Shown here: piece by piece, positions 11,691 to 25,778 of the stretch
Layout of the letters: every line of letters begins with the position of its first letter
How positions within the stretch are numbered: the stretch's first letter is position 1
DNA from: Lama glama
Taxonomy: Eukaryota
Direction of reading: 5' to 3'
Length of the DNA stretch: 64,000 nt
NCBI GenBank assembly: GCA_028534125.1
Contig: CM052816.1
Span: 91,948,001 to 92,012,000, forward strand
Notes under the pieces: model-generated
Databases searched by the model: none
The model's input: only the letters and a program-made list of their open reading frames with translations
What the model was told of the DNA's origin: nothing
Made by a program: the position numbers and the translations under genes

Positions 11691-13502
11691 CGTTCAGTCT
11701 GAACTGGAGCCAAACTTCCCATAACTTCCCCAAAATAGTTATGAAACAGGAAATTGGAAACTGTATGGAATGAAGTGAATGCAGACACAAATTGTAAAAC
11801 TTAAAACAAATTTACTCAAGTTTATTCTCAGACAGTTCAGGGGCTGAGCAAGGATGCACAAATTAAAAAGTACAGAGTAATCAGGTGAAAGTGGTGGGAG
11901 AGTAGAAGTACTGTTTTATTTTATTTTGCTTGTTGATTCAGTTTGCCTCAGACTATGATGTTTAGGTATATAGCTACCAAGAAGGGCAATACAAAAACAG
12001 AAAGCAAGTATGTTAACAAAGTGATGCCCAACTGGGTTTTCTGACCTTGTAATGCAGGAAGGGATGCCGGAGTAGAGTCTGGGAGATTGTGTTCAGGTGG
12101 AGCATAAACGTTATTAGCACTGCGACCTGGGTAAATAGGTCATTTCCATGGACATAAGTGTTCTCCTCAGTCTTAAACGTTCTATTTGTTTACAAAAAAT
12201 TTGAAATAAAATAGTGACATTTAAGGTAAAAGAAAAAAAAGTTATAGAACCTATTTTGAATGGCCATTGCCATATTACAACTACTTTAAGAGTCCCTGGG
12301 CTGAATTCAGTTGGATTTGATCCTCAACCCACCATCAATACATACAAGATACTTTTCTCAGTCTCTGCAGCCTGAGATACAGAGTTTGCTGTATCTGAAG
12401 GTACATGGATGTGTTCTGAATCCCACTAGAACTCTCTACCTGTGTTTTATAAACAGCATTTCTGTTAGAAGCTGATTTACCATTACTACAATACATAATA
12501 ATATAATCATGTGACTCATACAAGAATAGCAAATATGTGGCGTGTATTCCCCACGGTCAACAAAATCTATAGCTTCTCAGTTATATGCTTTTTCCCATGG
12601 GATCCACGTTGGACCTCAGAATGCTTCTCAACACAGTGCTCCAAGTTGGCATTTTAATTCTAGTTTATTTGCCATTTGGAGTATAATACATTTCTTTATT
12701 TTATTATAATCACCAAGTTTACACAATCCCAAAGTGTTTCACCAAAAGCATCACGGGCATTATAACATCCAAGACATTGCCAAAGCTCATATGTGAAGAG
12801 AGAAAACGCGGCTTGGTAGTGAAACTAAGATGACCCTCACCATGCCGTTAGTCCTGTTTGCAGACCTCACACCTCTGATCAGAACAGTGACTGATAATGC
12901 TGGTAAATCTTATGTGTATACTGCAAGTTCATCAGGTCGCAATAAAGTGTCTGGATTGCAGTACAGGCAACTCTCACTTTGTGTGGCGCCATGTTATCTA
13001 AACTCTCTGCATGTGGAACTGTGTCCTTGCTTTGCACGATTCTTTGGTAACTGAGATGTAATCTGCATTAATCCTGAACCATGCCAAGTGAAGACCCGGT
13101 TCTGATATATAATGCCCATATATAATGTAACTCACAAATGGTCAGTATTACAGGATAATAACCTGGCTCGGTGTCTCCCATGTTTTCGTTTCCAGTGTAG
13201 AAAGTCTTGCAGCACATGAGGCTTAAGACCAGCTTTACTGACGGAAGCTGTGCCCTAGGATGTGTCTGTGATCCATCTATTTAAGTGTGTGTTCCCTTCA
13301 AATTGCTGGGGAGAGGAAATACTCAGTGGCCTGAAAAAGCACTTGGGAGATTTGTACCAACTGTTATTTTCATCTTTTTAAAATAAGATCCCATACTTAT
13401 TGCCAGAATGTCTTTGTTCCAAGTAGTAGCAAAAGCAGACTAAAGGTCAGTGTGCCTTCAACATCAGGCCAGTAGAGGGATAACAGCTACCTCGGTCCAG
13501 CT

Positions 13503-13865
13503 TGGTTATTAACTCAATATTTGGGTACCCTCCCAAATTCATTTGCTGAAATGCTAACCCCAGTATGATGGAATTAAAAGGTGGGGCCTTTGGGAGGTAA
13601 TTAGGTTGTGAGGATGGAACCCTCATGAACAGGATTAGTGCCCTTATAAGAAGAGACAGGGGAGAGCTGGCTTCCTCTCTGTGCTCTCCACCATCTGAGA
13701 ATACAACCAGAAGAAGGCTGTCTGCACACCAGGAAGAGGCTCACCAGACACTGGATCCGTCAGCACCTTGATCCCAGCTTCCAGAACTGTGAGAAATAAA
13801 TATTTGTCATTTAAGCCACCCAGTCCATGATATTTTTGCTAAAGCAGCCAAAACGGATGAAGGCA
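13503..13865 (+). mobile_element. MLT1A-type MaLR LTR
   Basis: 'cccaaattcatttgctgaaatgctaacccc...ggtggggcctttgggaggtaattagg...cttccagaactgtgagaaataaa...ttaagccacccagtc'. Confidence 0.88.
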
Positions 13866-14299
13866 AGTGCCATTCCAAACTGCATAGCAAATCAACCACA
13901 AAATTGTAGAAAGAAGAACGTCATTCTTTGATTTTTAATGACATTAATACAGTATTTCTGTGGCCAATGACCAAAGTAGCTGTTGTCCCTGCACTGGCCT
14001 GTTGTTGAAGGCATACTTACCTTTAGCTCATGACAAAAGGCTAAGCTGCAGTTAGAAAAACATTAGGCCTTGCAAACAAGTTTGGGAAATTCTAGAATTA
14101 GAACAAAATAAGCAGTTATTTTAAAGTATGTTTATCAGAAGTTTACTATCAAGTTTCAGTTTCTGGTCCTGTCTATTGTTTGTGGTGGTGCTAATTGCCA
14201 TCTTCACTTGCCAGTATGATTCTCTCAGCCTTTAAAAATGTCCAGTTCTCCAAACATGACGCTTCAAAGTAAGACTCATTCTGTTGCAAGGATAGAAGT

Positions 14300-14435
14300 A
14301 CAAATAACTTTAAAACTAGAAAGATCTGTTAAAAATCAACTAGTCCAATTTTTTTCACTTTAAATAGGAGAAAACTGATACCCCAAATTTTAAGTGATGT
14401 GGCCAATGTCTCATAACTTTTTAGAAGCAGAGCTC
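14300..14435 (-). mobile_element. MIR fragment
   Basis: 'ttttaaataggagaaaactgatacccc...taagtgatgtggccaatgtctcataac'. Confidence 0.55.
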
Positions 14436-16051
14436 TGTCTTTCTCTAAATCTTTCTGGGAAGTAGCAAAGAACTGTCTTGCCAGCATATAGATAATTCCT
14501 GGGAGGGAACTTGGAAAATAAAAGAACTGCTTTCCTAGGCAGATTTCTGGGTAATTTCCCTCAGTTTTAACTTCTTTTATTGTTATTACATTATGTTCTT
14601 ACAATGAATAAAAATGGAGGAAAATAAAAAAAAAGGAAACAAATTGCAAACAATTAGATTTACCGGTTCTTTGTGAAAGATAACATATTTGCCATATGTT
14701 TCTTGAGAATATAACAGCCTGGAGGAAAAGCACGTTTGAAATAACAACAAGAAGAAGTATTTCTCTGACTCAGGACTTGCCCACAGGATTGCAAGAAATT
14801 GAGCCTCCCTTAAATTCTTCCCAGCCAGTTCGGAAAGTGATTATCGGGGGGGTGTTGCATCTGAGCACGTAGTCTAACTCCTCTAGCTCCATGTTAAGCC
14901 CACCAATTCATATTCCCTGTGCTCTGCTGCTTCTTCTCAGGGTCAGTTACTGAGACACCCCCCCCACTTCTAACAAGAGAGAAGTTGGGGAGTTGGAAGC
15001 AATCTATGGAGATGGTGCCACAAAACCCACAAGGCTGTGTCTGGATTATTCTCTGCTAATCAGGGACCTTGATAATGAAAGCAGTCATGGCCATGAGGTA
15101 CTGACTCTTTGGCCCAGCACACTTTTGTGATGCCTACCTGGGGAGTAGGGTCCTCGTGTTGGCTGTGAAAAGACCTTGCCCCACATGCTTTTGGACTGAG
15201 TGCTTCTTAAGAGAAAAAAAAAAATGAACGTGGGCCAAGGTATGTTTGCTTGGGGGCCAAGGGACCTCATTCTGTGTTGTCAGTGACACCAAAGTGGCTT
15301 CAGAGCATCTGCCATCCCTTCTGTGTTGGGGACCACAGCCCTGCTGGATTCTCTTGGAGAAATAATGAGCCAGGCCAAGGGAAGCATCTACCTATCACCT
15401 GACGAGTGAGAGTCTGCAGATCCCATGCTAGGAGCGCAGGCCAGGGCTCCTTTGCAGGTAGGTCTAGTGGGGGTTTTTGAGGAAGTGGATTGGATCATCA
15501 GACAGAGACACAATGGGTCTGAAGTGGAAATGTAGAAGGACAAGAAGGACCAAAGGGATGGAGGACTTTGGGAGAAAGAGAGGGTTCCCCTGAAACTCTC
15601 CCTGCAGACACACCATGAGACATTTCTCCTCCTCCAAGGAAATGAGTTCAGTAGGTATGGTCCTTAGTTTGTGTCTTCCCATCTGACACTCTTGCTGGTG
15701 GCTTTCCTGGCTTTTCAGTTAGATAATAGCCTCACCTCCATCTGGGTCTGGGTGCGTGTAGGTTGGGAAGATGGTGCGGTGGTACCTGGGAAGGACCCAA
15801 CACCTGCTTCCTGATTGCCCGGATGCAGATGAGGGCCTCCAGAGGGTGGAGGTGAGGGTGGAGAGTAAGTAATGGAAGGAGGATGAGGCTTCCAGGAGCA
15901 TACAACTTGAGTCCTCGAGTCACTCAGCACAGCACAGTTTCCCCCTTTCCCCCACCTGGTGGCTAGAGGGAAAGCCACACTGCCTAGTTTCAGGAAGCAC
16001 CACTCAGATCAGTGTCCATGCGGATGGCAGCCCCTGAAGCATGACATGTGG

Positions 16052-16540
16052 ATGTGCATGTATTGCTGTATAACAGAGTACCACACATTTAGGGAATTAA
16101 AACAATACTGATTTATTATCTTACACTTCTGTGAGTCAGAAGTCCAAAATCATTTTCATGGGCCAGAAATCAAAAAGTCAAGGAGTCCATGCTTCTGAAG
16201 GCTCTAGGGGGAAATCTGCTTCCTCATTTTTCTAGTTTCTAGGAGCTGCCTGTATACCTTGACTCGGGGCTCCTTCTTTCACCTTCAAAGCCAGCATCGT
16301 AGCATCTTTTCTCTGACCTCTACTTCCTCCCTTGCATCTTCCCCTTCTGACTCTGACCTTCCTGCTTCCCTCTTAAAAGGAGCTTTGTGATTACATTTAG
16401 TCCAGGATCATCACACCATCTCAAGATCTTTAGTTTAAATACTTCTACAAAGTTCCTCTTACCATGTAAGGTGACATATTCATAGGTTTAGGGGGTTTGG
16501 ATGTGGACATCTTTGGGGAGGGCGTTATTCAGCCTGCCAT
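16052..16540 (-). mobile_element. MLT1C/D-type MaLR LTR
   Basis: 'tattgctgtataacagagtaccacac...ttctgaaggctctagggg...atgtggacatctttgggg...ttattcagcctgccata'. Confidence 0.85.
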
Positions 16541-17512
16541 AAGGCGCATAATCTGTGCGGATGCACACGGAGGCCCTGGGAAGGGACTTCTCCTCCCACG
16601 TTGGCTAGGCGGGCTCTGGACTTGGGCCATTGTGGCCCTACTTCTCGTGCACTGGCCTCCCAGCACTGCACCCTTTGAACTGAAGGCTGCATTCCCTCAG
16701 CATCCTGTCCAGTTGTCATCATGTGGACCCAAGAACAGTGAACCTTCCACCGTTCACAGAGAAGTCTGAGCAGTGCAGTCAGATTGCCCTCTCCCTCCTG
16801 TCACTAATCCATTGTTAGGAACAAATTTCATACTCTTTTACTTTATCTTTCCCAAAGGATATTCTTTCTCCCAGAAGCTCTTTCTTGTACAGAGAAGGCC
16901 CTTTCTTGTCAGCCCCACAAAACATACTAGAAAACCTGTGTGTGTCTGAACCCTCAATGTGGAGACACATGAAGCTCTTGAGTTAGGATCCTACTGCCAT
17001 CATGACACAAGATAAAATTATCTCAGGCGGAAAATACACACCAGTAAAACAACTTGTTGATCTATTTATTTTCAATAAAATAACAATTTTGAGGATGTGA
17101 GACTGAAACAAAACCTATGTGATAACCAGTTGCAATAAATTATTTATCTTAACTACGCAATTTGGAAAAAATATGTTTGGCACTATGTAAATGCAGCCTT
17201 TTTCAATAACATAAAGCATTTGTTGTATTAAACATTTATTACTTTAAGATAAATAGAAAGCAGATTTCTCAAGATCAGCATTAATACAGATACTACTATT
17301 AATACTGATAATAAGAAATAATAATAAGATCGTCACATAAATAATGAATGTTATGCTCCAGTCTCATAGCCCCATTGGCTCATGTACAAACCAGGGATGC
17401 CAAGTGGCAGCCACTGTTGTGCTTCATATTCCAACACCTGATCATCTAGGGTTAGGGTGAAGTGGCTGAATAGATAGTACCTTCTAGTGCTATTTTTAAA
17501 AACAATATAATA

Positions 17513-17640
17513 GGGGGAGGTTTATAGCTCAAGAGGTAGAGTGCATGCTTAGCATGCAGGAGGTCCTGGGTTCAATCCCCAGCATCTCCTCTAAAAAAAA
17601 ATCAATAGATAAACTTCCCCCAAAAAAATTAAAAAAGTTT
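17513..17640 (+). mobile_element. tRNA-derived camelid SINE (Vic-1 type)
   Basis: 'gggggaggtttatagctcaagaggtagagtgcatgcttagcatgcaggaggtcctgggttcaatcccc' (pol III A/B boxes), A-rich tail, imperfect TSD aaaacaatata/aaaccaatata. Confidence 0.85.
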
Positions 17641-17770
17641 TTTTAAACCAATATAGCACACAAAATGTTATGGGGATACACAGTTGGTACATCAGTTTCA
17701 GTCTGGACTCACAGTAGAAAGAGGTTCTTTCTGACCATGCACCATCCATTGCACCATCCCAACATATGCA

Positions 17771-17802
17771 TACACACACACACACACACACATACACACA
17801 CA
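17771..17802. repeat. (CA)n microsatellite
   Basis: tacacacacacacacacacacatacacacaca. Confidence 0.95.
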
Positions 17803-20800
17803 AACAGTCATCACAAGGGCTCAGGGAACTGGTCTCATGAAGTGGGTGAATCTAACAGAGACTGAAGATGTAAAAAACTCAAGAGTAGAGGAACAGATAG
17901 CTGCAGCTCAACGGTCTGAGATTAAAAATAAAAGACTAGGAAACATCTTGGCTTAGTCATAAGTAAGAACCCAAATTAAGAAAAGGACCTTTCCATGAGA
18001 GCCATGATTTGAAACACAAAAAGAACCTGAATCACCCAGAAGAAAATGGAATCCGGACCAGAACCATTAACCTTTCATCTTTCATTTGGGGAAACTGAAG
18101 TTGCTGTCAAGAACATCACTACAGGCTTTCACGTCACCCATTATGTAACTAGTTCTCATTCTGAAGGAGGGTCCCATTATTCATAATGTAAGGAACCTAA
18201 GTAGCTGCACAATCTTTGAAGGTCAAGATGTGCCAGTATTTTTTGTTTCATATATTCAGTTCATCAGCTCTGAGCCCCATTCACAAAGGTCAGCGAGACG
18301 CCAGTCTGAAATCTTGTCAACTTCATAACATCCTCATGTCTAAAGCCTTCTCTGGGTATTATTAGCTAAGGATAGCTGGATCTGGTTAACTTCACTCATC
18401 TACAAGAATCTTTATTCTTCTGCCCAAAGTTGGGAAAGTCAAGGAAGTAGCACCTATCATAGAATTCTGCCTTAGAGAGATTTGTAGTTCTGTTAAGTTT
18501 GCATTAAATATCTCCACTCTAGATACGCAGGTCAGCCCTTAGCTGAATAGGGGGCTTTGACCTGCACTATGTTGCTTAGTAAACTGAAGGGAGAAGACTT
18601 TCCTCGAGTCCCTTAGACGTTGGGATCTAAGGAAATTGTGAGGGAAATCTGCAGTAAGATGGTAATGCAAAACCTCTCCATGTGCAGGGTCTGCTACATA
18701 CTTCAATGCTAGGTGTGAGTATTTTTATTGAGGTGAGGGGGTTCACAGAAAGTGAGTAACATTCTGCACTTCAGTCAGTGTGGAGCAGAGACATGAGAGA
18801 AATTCTGGGAGGTGAGAACGGGAGTTTGGTAGGAGCCAAAAGTGACCAGGAGAACATGAGCCCCCGGGGAAGTAAGAAATGTAGGCAGGCTTTGGACTTC
18901 CCACCATGTGTGGGTTAAAGCCAGATCACATTTCCTCCACTTCAAGAGATTGTGTGGCCTCAGTGGACATCTGAGTTACACTCATTTCAAAAAAGTCAGT
19001 CTCTGCTTTTTTAAGAAACTGTGTTTTATAAACCTCATGCAGTGAAGGTGAGTTACAAATCCACTACGCCATGTTACCATGACCTGGGCTAGATGAGGCA
19101 GGTAAAGATGCCCAGAGGAGAATTTGTGTTTGAAGCTTGGAAATAATGTGGACAGGACAGCAAGGAGGAAAACAGACCAGAGTAGGGGAACGTGGGAGAA
19201 GGAACTTGGGCTGTATCAGAAGGTAGTGGGTAAGTGATACCTTGATGGTGTTAAAAACATGAGAATTCGTTTTGGAGCGTGGCAGCATGGGCTTCGTGGG
19301 AAAGCTGGCAGAGTTGCTGGGGGTTCTCTGATCATCACATTGAAAAAAATTAAAGGCAAGTGGAAGCTCTCAGATTTAACCATCATTTCTGAAAACTCAT
19401 TGTGGGCCATCATTTGAGTCAACTGGAGTGATTCAAGTTTGTTAATCTTTCTAAATATTACAATATGTGGCAAAGCGAAAGAAGTTTTCTGACAGATTGA
19501 GTTACTTTTTTACTGAGTAACAAGGGAAATCTGTCAGTGAAGCCAGTAAGTTTCAGAGTTTTGAATGAAAGACAATTAATAACGTATCTACCAGATGAAC
19601 AAAGCTCGCCAATGTAATTACAGCAGAACTTGAGAAATTGGACGAAAACATACAGGCACACTATTTGAAGAAAGAAAACTCCTCCACTCCAAGCCTCACT
19701 AAATCAACAACAAAAAGTCACTTTAGAACCTCTCATTTTAAAGGGAAGTAAACTTATGCCAGGAAGATCATTTTAAGAGCCTTAAAAATAACTAGGCAGG
19801 CAGTCAAGTAAACTTTAGTATGTTCTCTTGATAAATTAATCCCTTTAATACTATGAAATGTGCCTCTTTATTGCTAATCATATTCCTTGTTTGGAAATCT
19901 GATATTAATACAGTTGCTCCAACTTTCTTTGGATTATTGTTTGGATTGGATATCTTTTTCCATCCTCTTATTCTACCAAGAATCAGTTTTATTGAAATAT
20001 AATTTACATATAAAATATTCACCAATGTTAGGAATATCACTTGAAGAATTTTGATCAGTGTGAACAGCTATTAACCACTATTGTGGAGATGATATAGAAC
20101 ATGTCCCTCACCCTATCAGGTCCCTTCATGTCCTTCCCTGTCCCTTTCCTCCCTCATCACCTGAACTCTGTCAACCACTGATCTGCTCTCTATCCCTATG
20201 GTGTTGCCTTTTTTTAGAGTTTCACGCGATACAGCACATAGCCTTTCATGTCGTGTGTCTTTCACTTAGCATAATGCTTTTGCGGTCTGTATATATGGAT
20301 GAAGTTTTATTGGGGGCGGGTCAATGGTTTGTTTTATTGCTGAGTTGTATACTTTTATAAAGCTAAACTACATTTTTTCCCCATGCATCAGTTGCTGGAG
20401 ATTTAGGATCTTTCTGGTTTGGAGCTATTACAAATAAAGCTGCTATAAATATTCTAGTACAAGTCTTTGCAGAGATGCATTTCCCAGGATGCATAACCTA
20501 GGGATGGAAGTGCTGGGTCATGTGGTTGGTATGTATTTAACTCTCAGAAACTGCCAAGCTGTCTTCCAAAGTAGCCCACCATCAATATGTAAGATTTCCA
20601 CCTGTTCCACAACCTCACTGACACTAATTTCTTTCCATTTTAGCTGTTCTCTCCTTTTAGCTATTATTCCTTTTGATTTTAATCTAGTGGGTCTGTAGTG
20701 GTATCTCATTGCGGTTTTGATGGACATTCTTCTAATGCAAATGATATTGTGAATCTCTTTATGTGCTAATTTACTACTTCCTATTTGCTTCTATTCTTTT

Positions 20801-22244
20801 CAAACGTACGTATTCAAATCTTTATTTCCCTTCTAATTGGGTTATGACTTCTTTATATACTTGGGTTATAAGTCCAGATACATGTTTGGCAAATATTTTA
20901 TCACAATTTATGACTTGAATTCATTTTCTTTACAGTGTTTTTGGAGAATAAATGTTTTTAATTTTAACAAAGTCCAACTAAAGTTTTTCTTTTGTAGTTT
21001 GTGCTGTTTTTGTCCTACTTAAAAATCTTTACCCAACTTGAGTCTCTAAATTTTCTCATAGGTTTGTTATGGAATCTTAATAGTTTTGGCTCCTATATTT
21101 AGGTCTGATGCATTTAAAATCAAATGTATGGTACATGCTAAGGTTTGAGATTTAAAATACATATATGTAAATATAGATGGATAGCAAATGTTTCAAGTAT
21201 CATTTGTTGAAAAGATTATCCTTTACTTGTTGGATTATCTTGGCACTTTAGTCAAAAATCAATTAAACATTTATGGATCTGTTTCCAGGGTCTCTATTCT
21301 GTTCCACTGATATAGGAGTCTGTCTTACACCAATACTACACTGCTTCATTACTATAGTTTATAAGACTTAAATTCAGGTGTGTAAACCCTCCAAATTTGT
21401 TTTTCTTCATCAAAATTATTTTGGCAATTATAGATTCTTTGAATTTCCATAAAGATAAGAGTTTCACTATCTGCAAAATAGCATTTTAATTGTTGACAAA
21501 AATGTCTGTGGGGATTTTATCTGGGATTATATTGAAAATGTAGTTCAATTTGGGGAAAACTGAAATCTTAATAACATGGAATCTTCTAAACCAGCAACAT
21601 TATACATCTCTCCATTTATTTTGCTCTTATTTAAATTCTCTCAGAAATGTCTTATTGTTTTCAGCACACAGTCTTGCAAAAGTTTTTTTAAACTTATCCC
21701 TGAATATTTCATATTTTAATTTTTTTGAGAATAACATTAAAATTTTTTTCAATATTTACTTGTCTGTTTCCTACTGTATAAAAGTGCAATTAATTTTAGT
21801 ATATTGACTTTGGATTCCAAGAGTTTCCTAAATGTATTTATTAGTAGGTATTTTAGATTCCATAGGATTTTCTCCATAGATGATCATGTTGTCTGCCAAT
21901 AAGGACAGTTTTATTTCAGTTTTCCCATTTGTATGTCTTTTATTTCTTTTTTTTGCCTCATTTCACTGAACAGAACCTCCACTATGAGGTTGACTAGGAG
22001 GGGTGAACAATTGCCTTGTTCCCAGTTTTAAGAAGTAAACATGCATCTTTCACAACTTACATGATGTTAGTTATTGAAAGCTATTCTTGATTATGAACAT
22101 CAATTCTATTCTTGGGTTATTGATATTTTTTATCATGCATGGATGTTGATTCTTTTTCCAAATAATTTTCCTGCATCTATTGAGAGATTTTATTCAATGT
22201 TAAACCAGTCTTGCATCTTGAAGGTAAAGTCCACTTTGTCATGA

Positions 22245-22318
22245 CATGTATATATATGTATACATATGCATATGTATGCATATGTATATATATATGCATA
22301 TGTGTGTATATATATGGC
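22245..22318. repeat. (TA/TG/CA)n alternating purine-pyrimidine tract inside L1
   Basis: catgtatatatatgtatacatatgcatatgtatgcatatgtatatatatatgcatatgtgtgtatatatat. Confidence 0.85.
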
Positions 22319-25300
22319 ATGATTAAATTTTTAATGTTTTGTTAAGGATTTTTGGACTTGTGCTCATATGGACACTTGTCGCTGTTTTCTTATAACTCCT
22401 TGTCTGGTCTTGGTGTTAGCATAAATCTTGCTTCATAAAAGGAGTTGAAAAGTGTAGCCTCCTCTTTTATTTTCTGGAAGAATTTATGAAGAATCACCCT
22501 TGTTTATTCCTTAAATATTTACTAGAATTCACTAGTGAAGCCATCTGCTCCTTTCTTTGTGAGAAGATTTTTACTATGCTGAAGCTATTCAGGCTATTTC
22601 TCCTTGGGTGAGCTTTATTTAGTAATTTGCGTCTTTTAAAGAATGTGTCCATTTTGTTAAAATTGTCGTATTTATTGGTTTACAGAGTTGTTGGTAATAT
22701 TCCCTTATTAGTCTTGCAGTGTTTGTAGGATCTGTGGTGATGTGCTTCTTTTATTCTTGATATTGGTAATTTGGCTCTTTTGCCCTGTTTTTTGATCAAT
22801 CTGGCTGGAATTTGATGAATTCCATTGATGTTTGTCATAGGACCAGCTTGATTCCATTCACTTTCTCTATTATATTCTGCTTTCTATTTCATTGATTTCT
22901 GCCCGTAACTCTATTTTTTTCCTCTCCGTAGTTTGAGCTTAGTTACTCTTCTTTTTCTCATTCTTTTAAATAGGGATCTAAGAACAATGGCTTCATATCT
23001 TCTTTGTTTTTAATCCTATATATTTCTCTCAAAGTACTTATAAATTTTGACGAGTTATATTTTCATTTTCCCTCAGTTCAAAATGTTTTCTACTCACTCA
23101 TTTCATTGGTTTTTTTGACCCATGAGTTATTTAGAAGTGTGTGTTTCAGTTTCCAAATATTTTGACATTTTCCAGATATCCATTTGCTATTGATTTCTTG
23201 TTTAATTTTACTGTGGCCAGAGAACATACTTAGTATGATTATAATCCTTCTAAATTTGATGAAATTTGTTTTATGACTCAGAATATGGTCTACCTCGGTG
23301 AATGTTTTGTGTGTACTTTCTTTTGGTGGTGTGTTTTATAAATCTCAGGTCAAGTTAAAGTCACATACATACATGTTTATTTTCTGCCTACTGTCTATTA
23401 AAACTGAAAGTATTGTTGGAGCTGCAACTATAACTTTGGATTTTTTTTAATTTTTTTCCATTTAGTTCTATTAGTTTTTGTTTCATGCATTTGAAAGCTT
23501 TGGTATAAAGTCCATTTACATTTAAGTTTATTATGCCCTCTTGATATATTGATCCTTTCTTCATTATGAAATATCTCCCTTAATCCCTGATTGTATTCCT
23601 TGTTCTTAAATTTATTTGGTCTGACATTACTAAAACATCTCCAGAATTTTTTTGATTAGGGTTTTCATGATACATCTTTTTTTTTTTCCTTTTCATTTTG
23701 GGCCATCTATGTCTTTAGATATAAGGATAATATTTAAAAAATCTAACCTAAAAACTTTCCCTTGTACTTACAGTGTTTCGATAATGCGCAATTGATGAGA
23801 TGATTGACAGGACTGTAATTAAATCTATTGTTTCAATATTCGTTTTCTATTTGTCCCATCTCCTGTTCTTTCATTTTCTGTTTTATCTGAATTAATTATA
23901 TATTTTAATGATTGCATTTGATCTCCACAACTAGCTTTTGATGTGTAATTTATTGTTTTTATTTTTTGTGTGCCCTCAGGCTTATTTACAACACACATTT
24001 ATAACATACCCCATTCTGCCTTCCAATACTGTTACATCACTCTTTTTATATTGAATGCATCTTGCAACAGACTTCTTCCACTTCTTGACATTTTAAGCTA
24101 TTTTTGTCATGCATTTTCTTTCTGCATACATAAACATGCAATTCATTGTTTTTATTCTTGTTTTAAATAATTTTCTTCTAAAGAGACTAAAATGAAAAAC
24201 ATGTTTTTTGTATTTACCCACTTACTTACAATCTCTAAGTCTCTTCATCCCTGCTTTCAGATTTGGCTTTCTATCTTCTATAATTTTTCTCTTATCTGAA
24301 AAACTTCCCTTAAGAGTTCTCATAGTATAGGTTTGCTGGCAATTACTTTTCTAATTTTGGCTTATTTTAAATAGTTTTTATTTTGCCTTCATTTCTGAAA
24401 GATCTTTATGCCAAGTATAGAATTTATAGCTGACAGTCTCTGATCTAATTCTTTTAGGGTCTTGCTCCCTTGTTTTCTGGTTTGCATTTTTTCTGCTAAG
24501 AAATATGCTGTCATTCTTACCTTTGTTCCTCTATATTTGACTGGTCTTTTCCTCTCTGGCTGCTTTTGAAATAATCTTATATTCACTGTTTTCTAGGAAT
24601 TTGATTATGATACCATTTGGGGTAATTTTCTTTATGTTTCCTGTATAAGAGTTTGTTGAGCTTCTTGAATCTGTAGGCTTATTGGTTTCATCAGATTTGT
24701 AAAACTTTGGCCATTATTCCCTCTTTTTTTTGTTTGTTTCTCCTCTTCTCCTTTGGGAGCTCCAACCATATATTTATTAAACTATTTAATATTGTCACTC
24801 AGGTAGCTGCTTCACTGAAATTTTTTTTTCTCTCTGTACTTCATTTTTGGTGCTTCTATTACTATGTCTTCAAAACAACTAATTTTAAAAAATTTAATGT
24901 TTACTTTATCAAATTCTATCCCATGTAATATCCATTTTAGATGTTGTATTTTTCAGCTTTGTAAGTTCCCTTTTGATCTGTTTTAATCATTCATTTCTGT
25001 CTTCATCATAATCATGTTTTTCTCTGTCTTCTTGAACATATGGAGCATATTTATATAATTGTCTTACCATTCTTGTTGGCTAGTCCCATCAACTCTGTCA
25101 TTTCTGGGTCTGTTTCTATTGAGAATTTTTCCCTTATGGTCACATGTTATAGTGTCCTGTTTTCTCATATGCTTACTATATATATTAATATTTGGATGCT
25201 GGATATCATGAGGTTTACAATTTGCTTTTGTTTGCTAGATTTTTTTGTTTTTCTTTATGTAATTTTGACTTTATCTAGTTCTCGCTCAGTATTATGTGAA

Positions 25301-25621
25301 CTGAGCAAGGTCCTCTGAGGCCTGCATCTGTGCCTTGTCACTGCATGCCAAAGCATAGTAGTTGAAGGCTGATTTAATCCCACTGCTCAGGTGACACCCT
25401 TTTGTGGACTCTCCCTGATGAATTATTTATTACACACCTTTCTACTCTAGCTGGTGGTCACATGATCTATTCTCAGCAATGTGTGAACTCTGGCAATTAT
25501 TCTACCTATAGGTTTACAGTGTTTTCTTTTTTCCCCTCTGGCTATTTTCTTCCCCTGCATATGGAAAGCAATACTCAGTGAAATACTTATGGTATCACCT
25601 TGACAAATACCCAGACTTTTC

Positions 25622-25778
25622 TTTTTTTTCTTTAATTTTTTTGGGGGGAGGTAATTAGGTTTTATTTATTTATTTTATTTTATTTTATTTATTTTATATA
25701 AATGAAGGTACTGGAGATTAAACCTAGGACTTCCAGCATGCCAAGCATGCACTCTACCACTAGGCTATACCCCCCCAC
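25622..25778 (-). mobile_element. Camelid Vic-1-type SINE inserted in L1
   Basis: Antisense tRNA-like head 'ggagattaaacctaggac...catgcactctaccactaggctataccc'; 'ggggggaggtaattagg' motif; TSD cccagacttttc/cccagacctttc. Confidence 0.85.

Noticed and set aside
10968..11790. Overlapping Pro/Arg/Gly-rich ORFs
   Set aside because: Expected from stop-codon scarcity in a CpG island; no recognisable domain.
15835..15850. CTCF-like motif 'cctccagagggtgg'
   Set aside because: Imperfect single motif with no supporting context; such matches are common by chance.
17513..17590. tRNA-like sequence
   Set aside because: It has an A-rich tail and TSD, and related copies lie at 25622 and 43002; it is a SINE head, not a tRNA gene.
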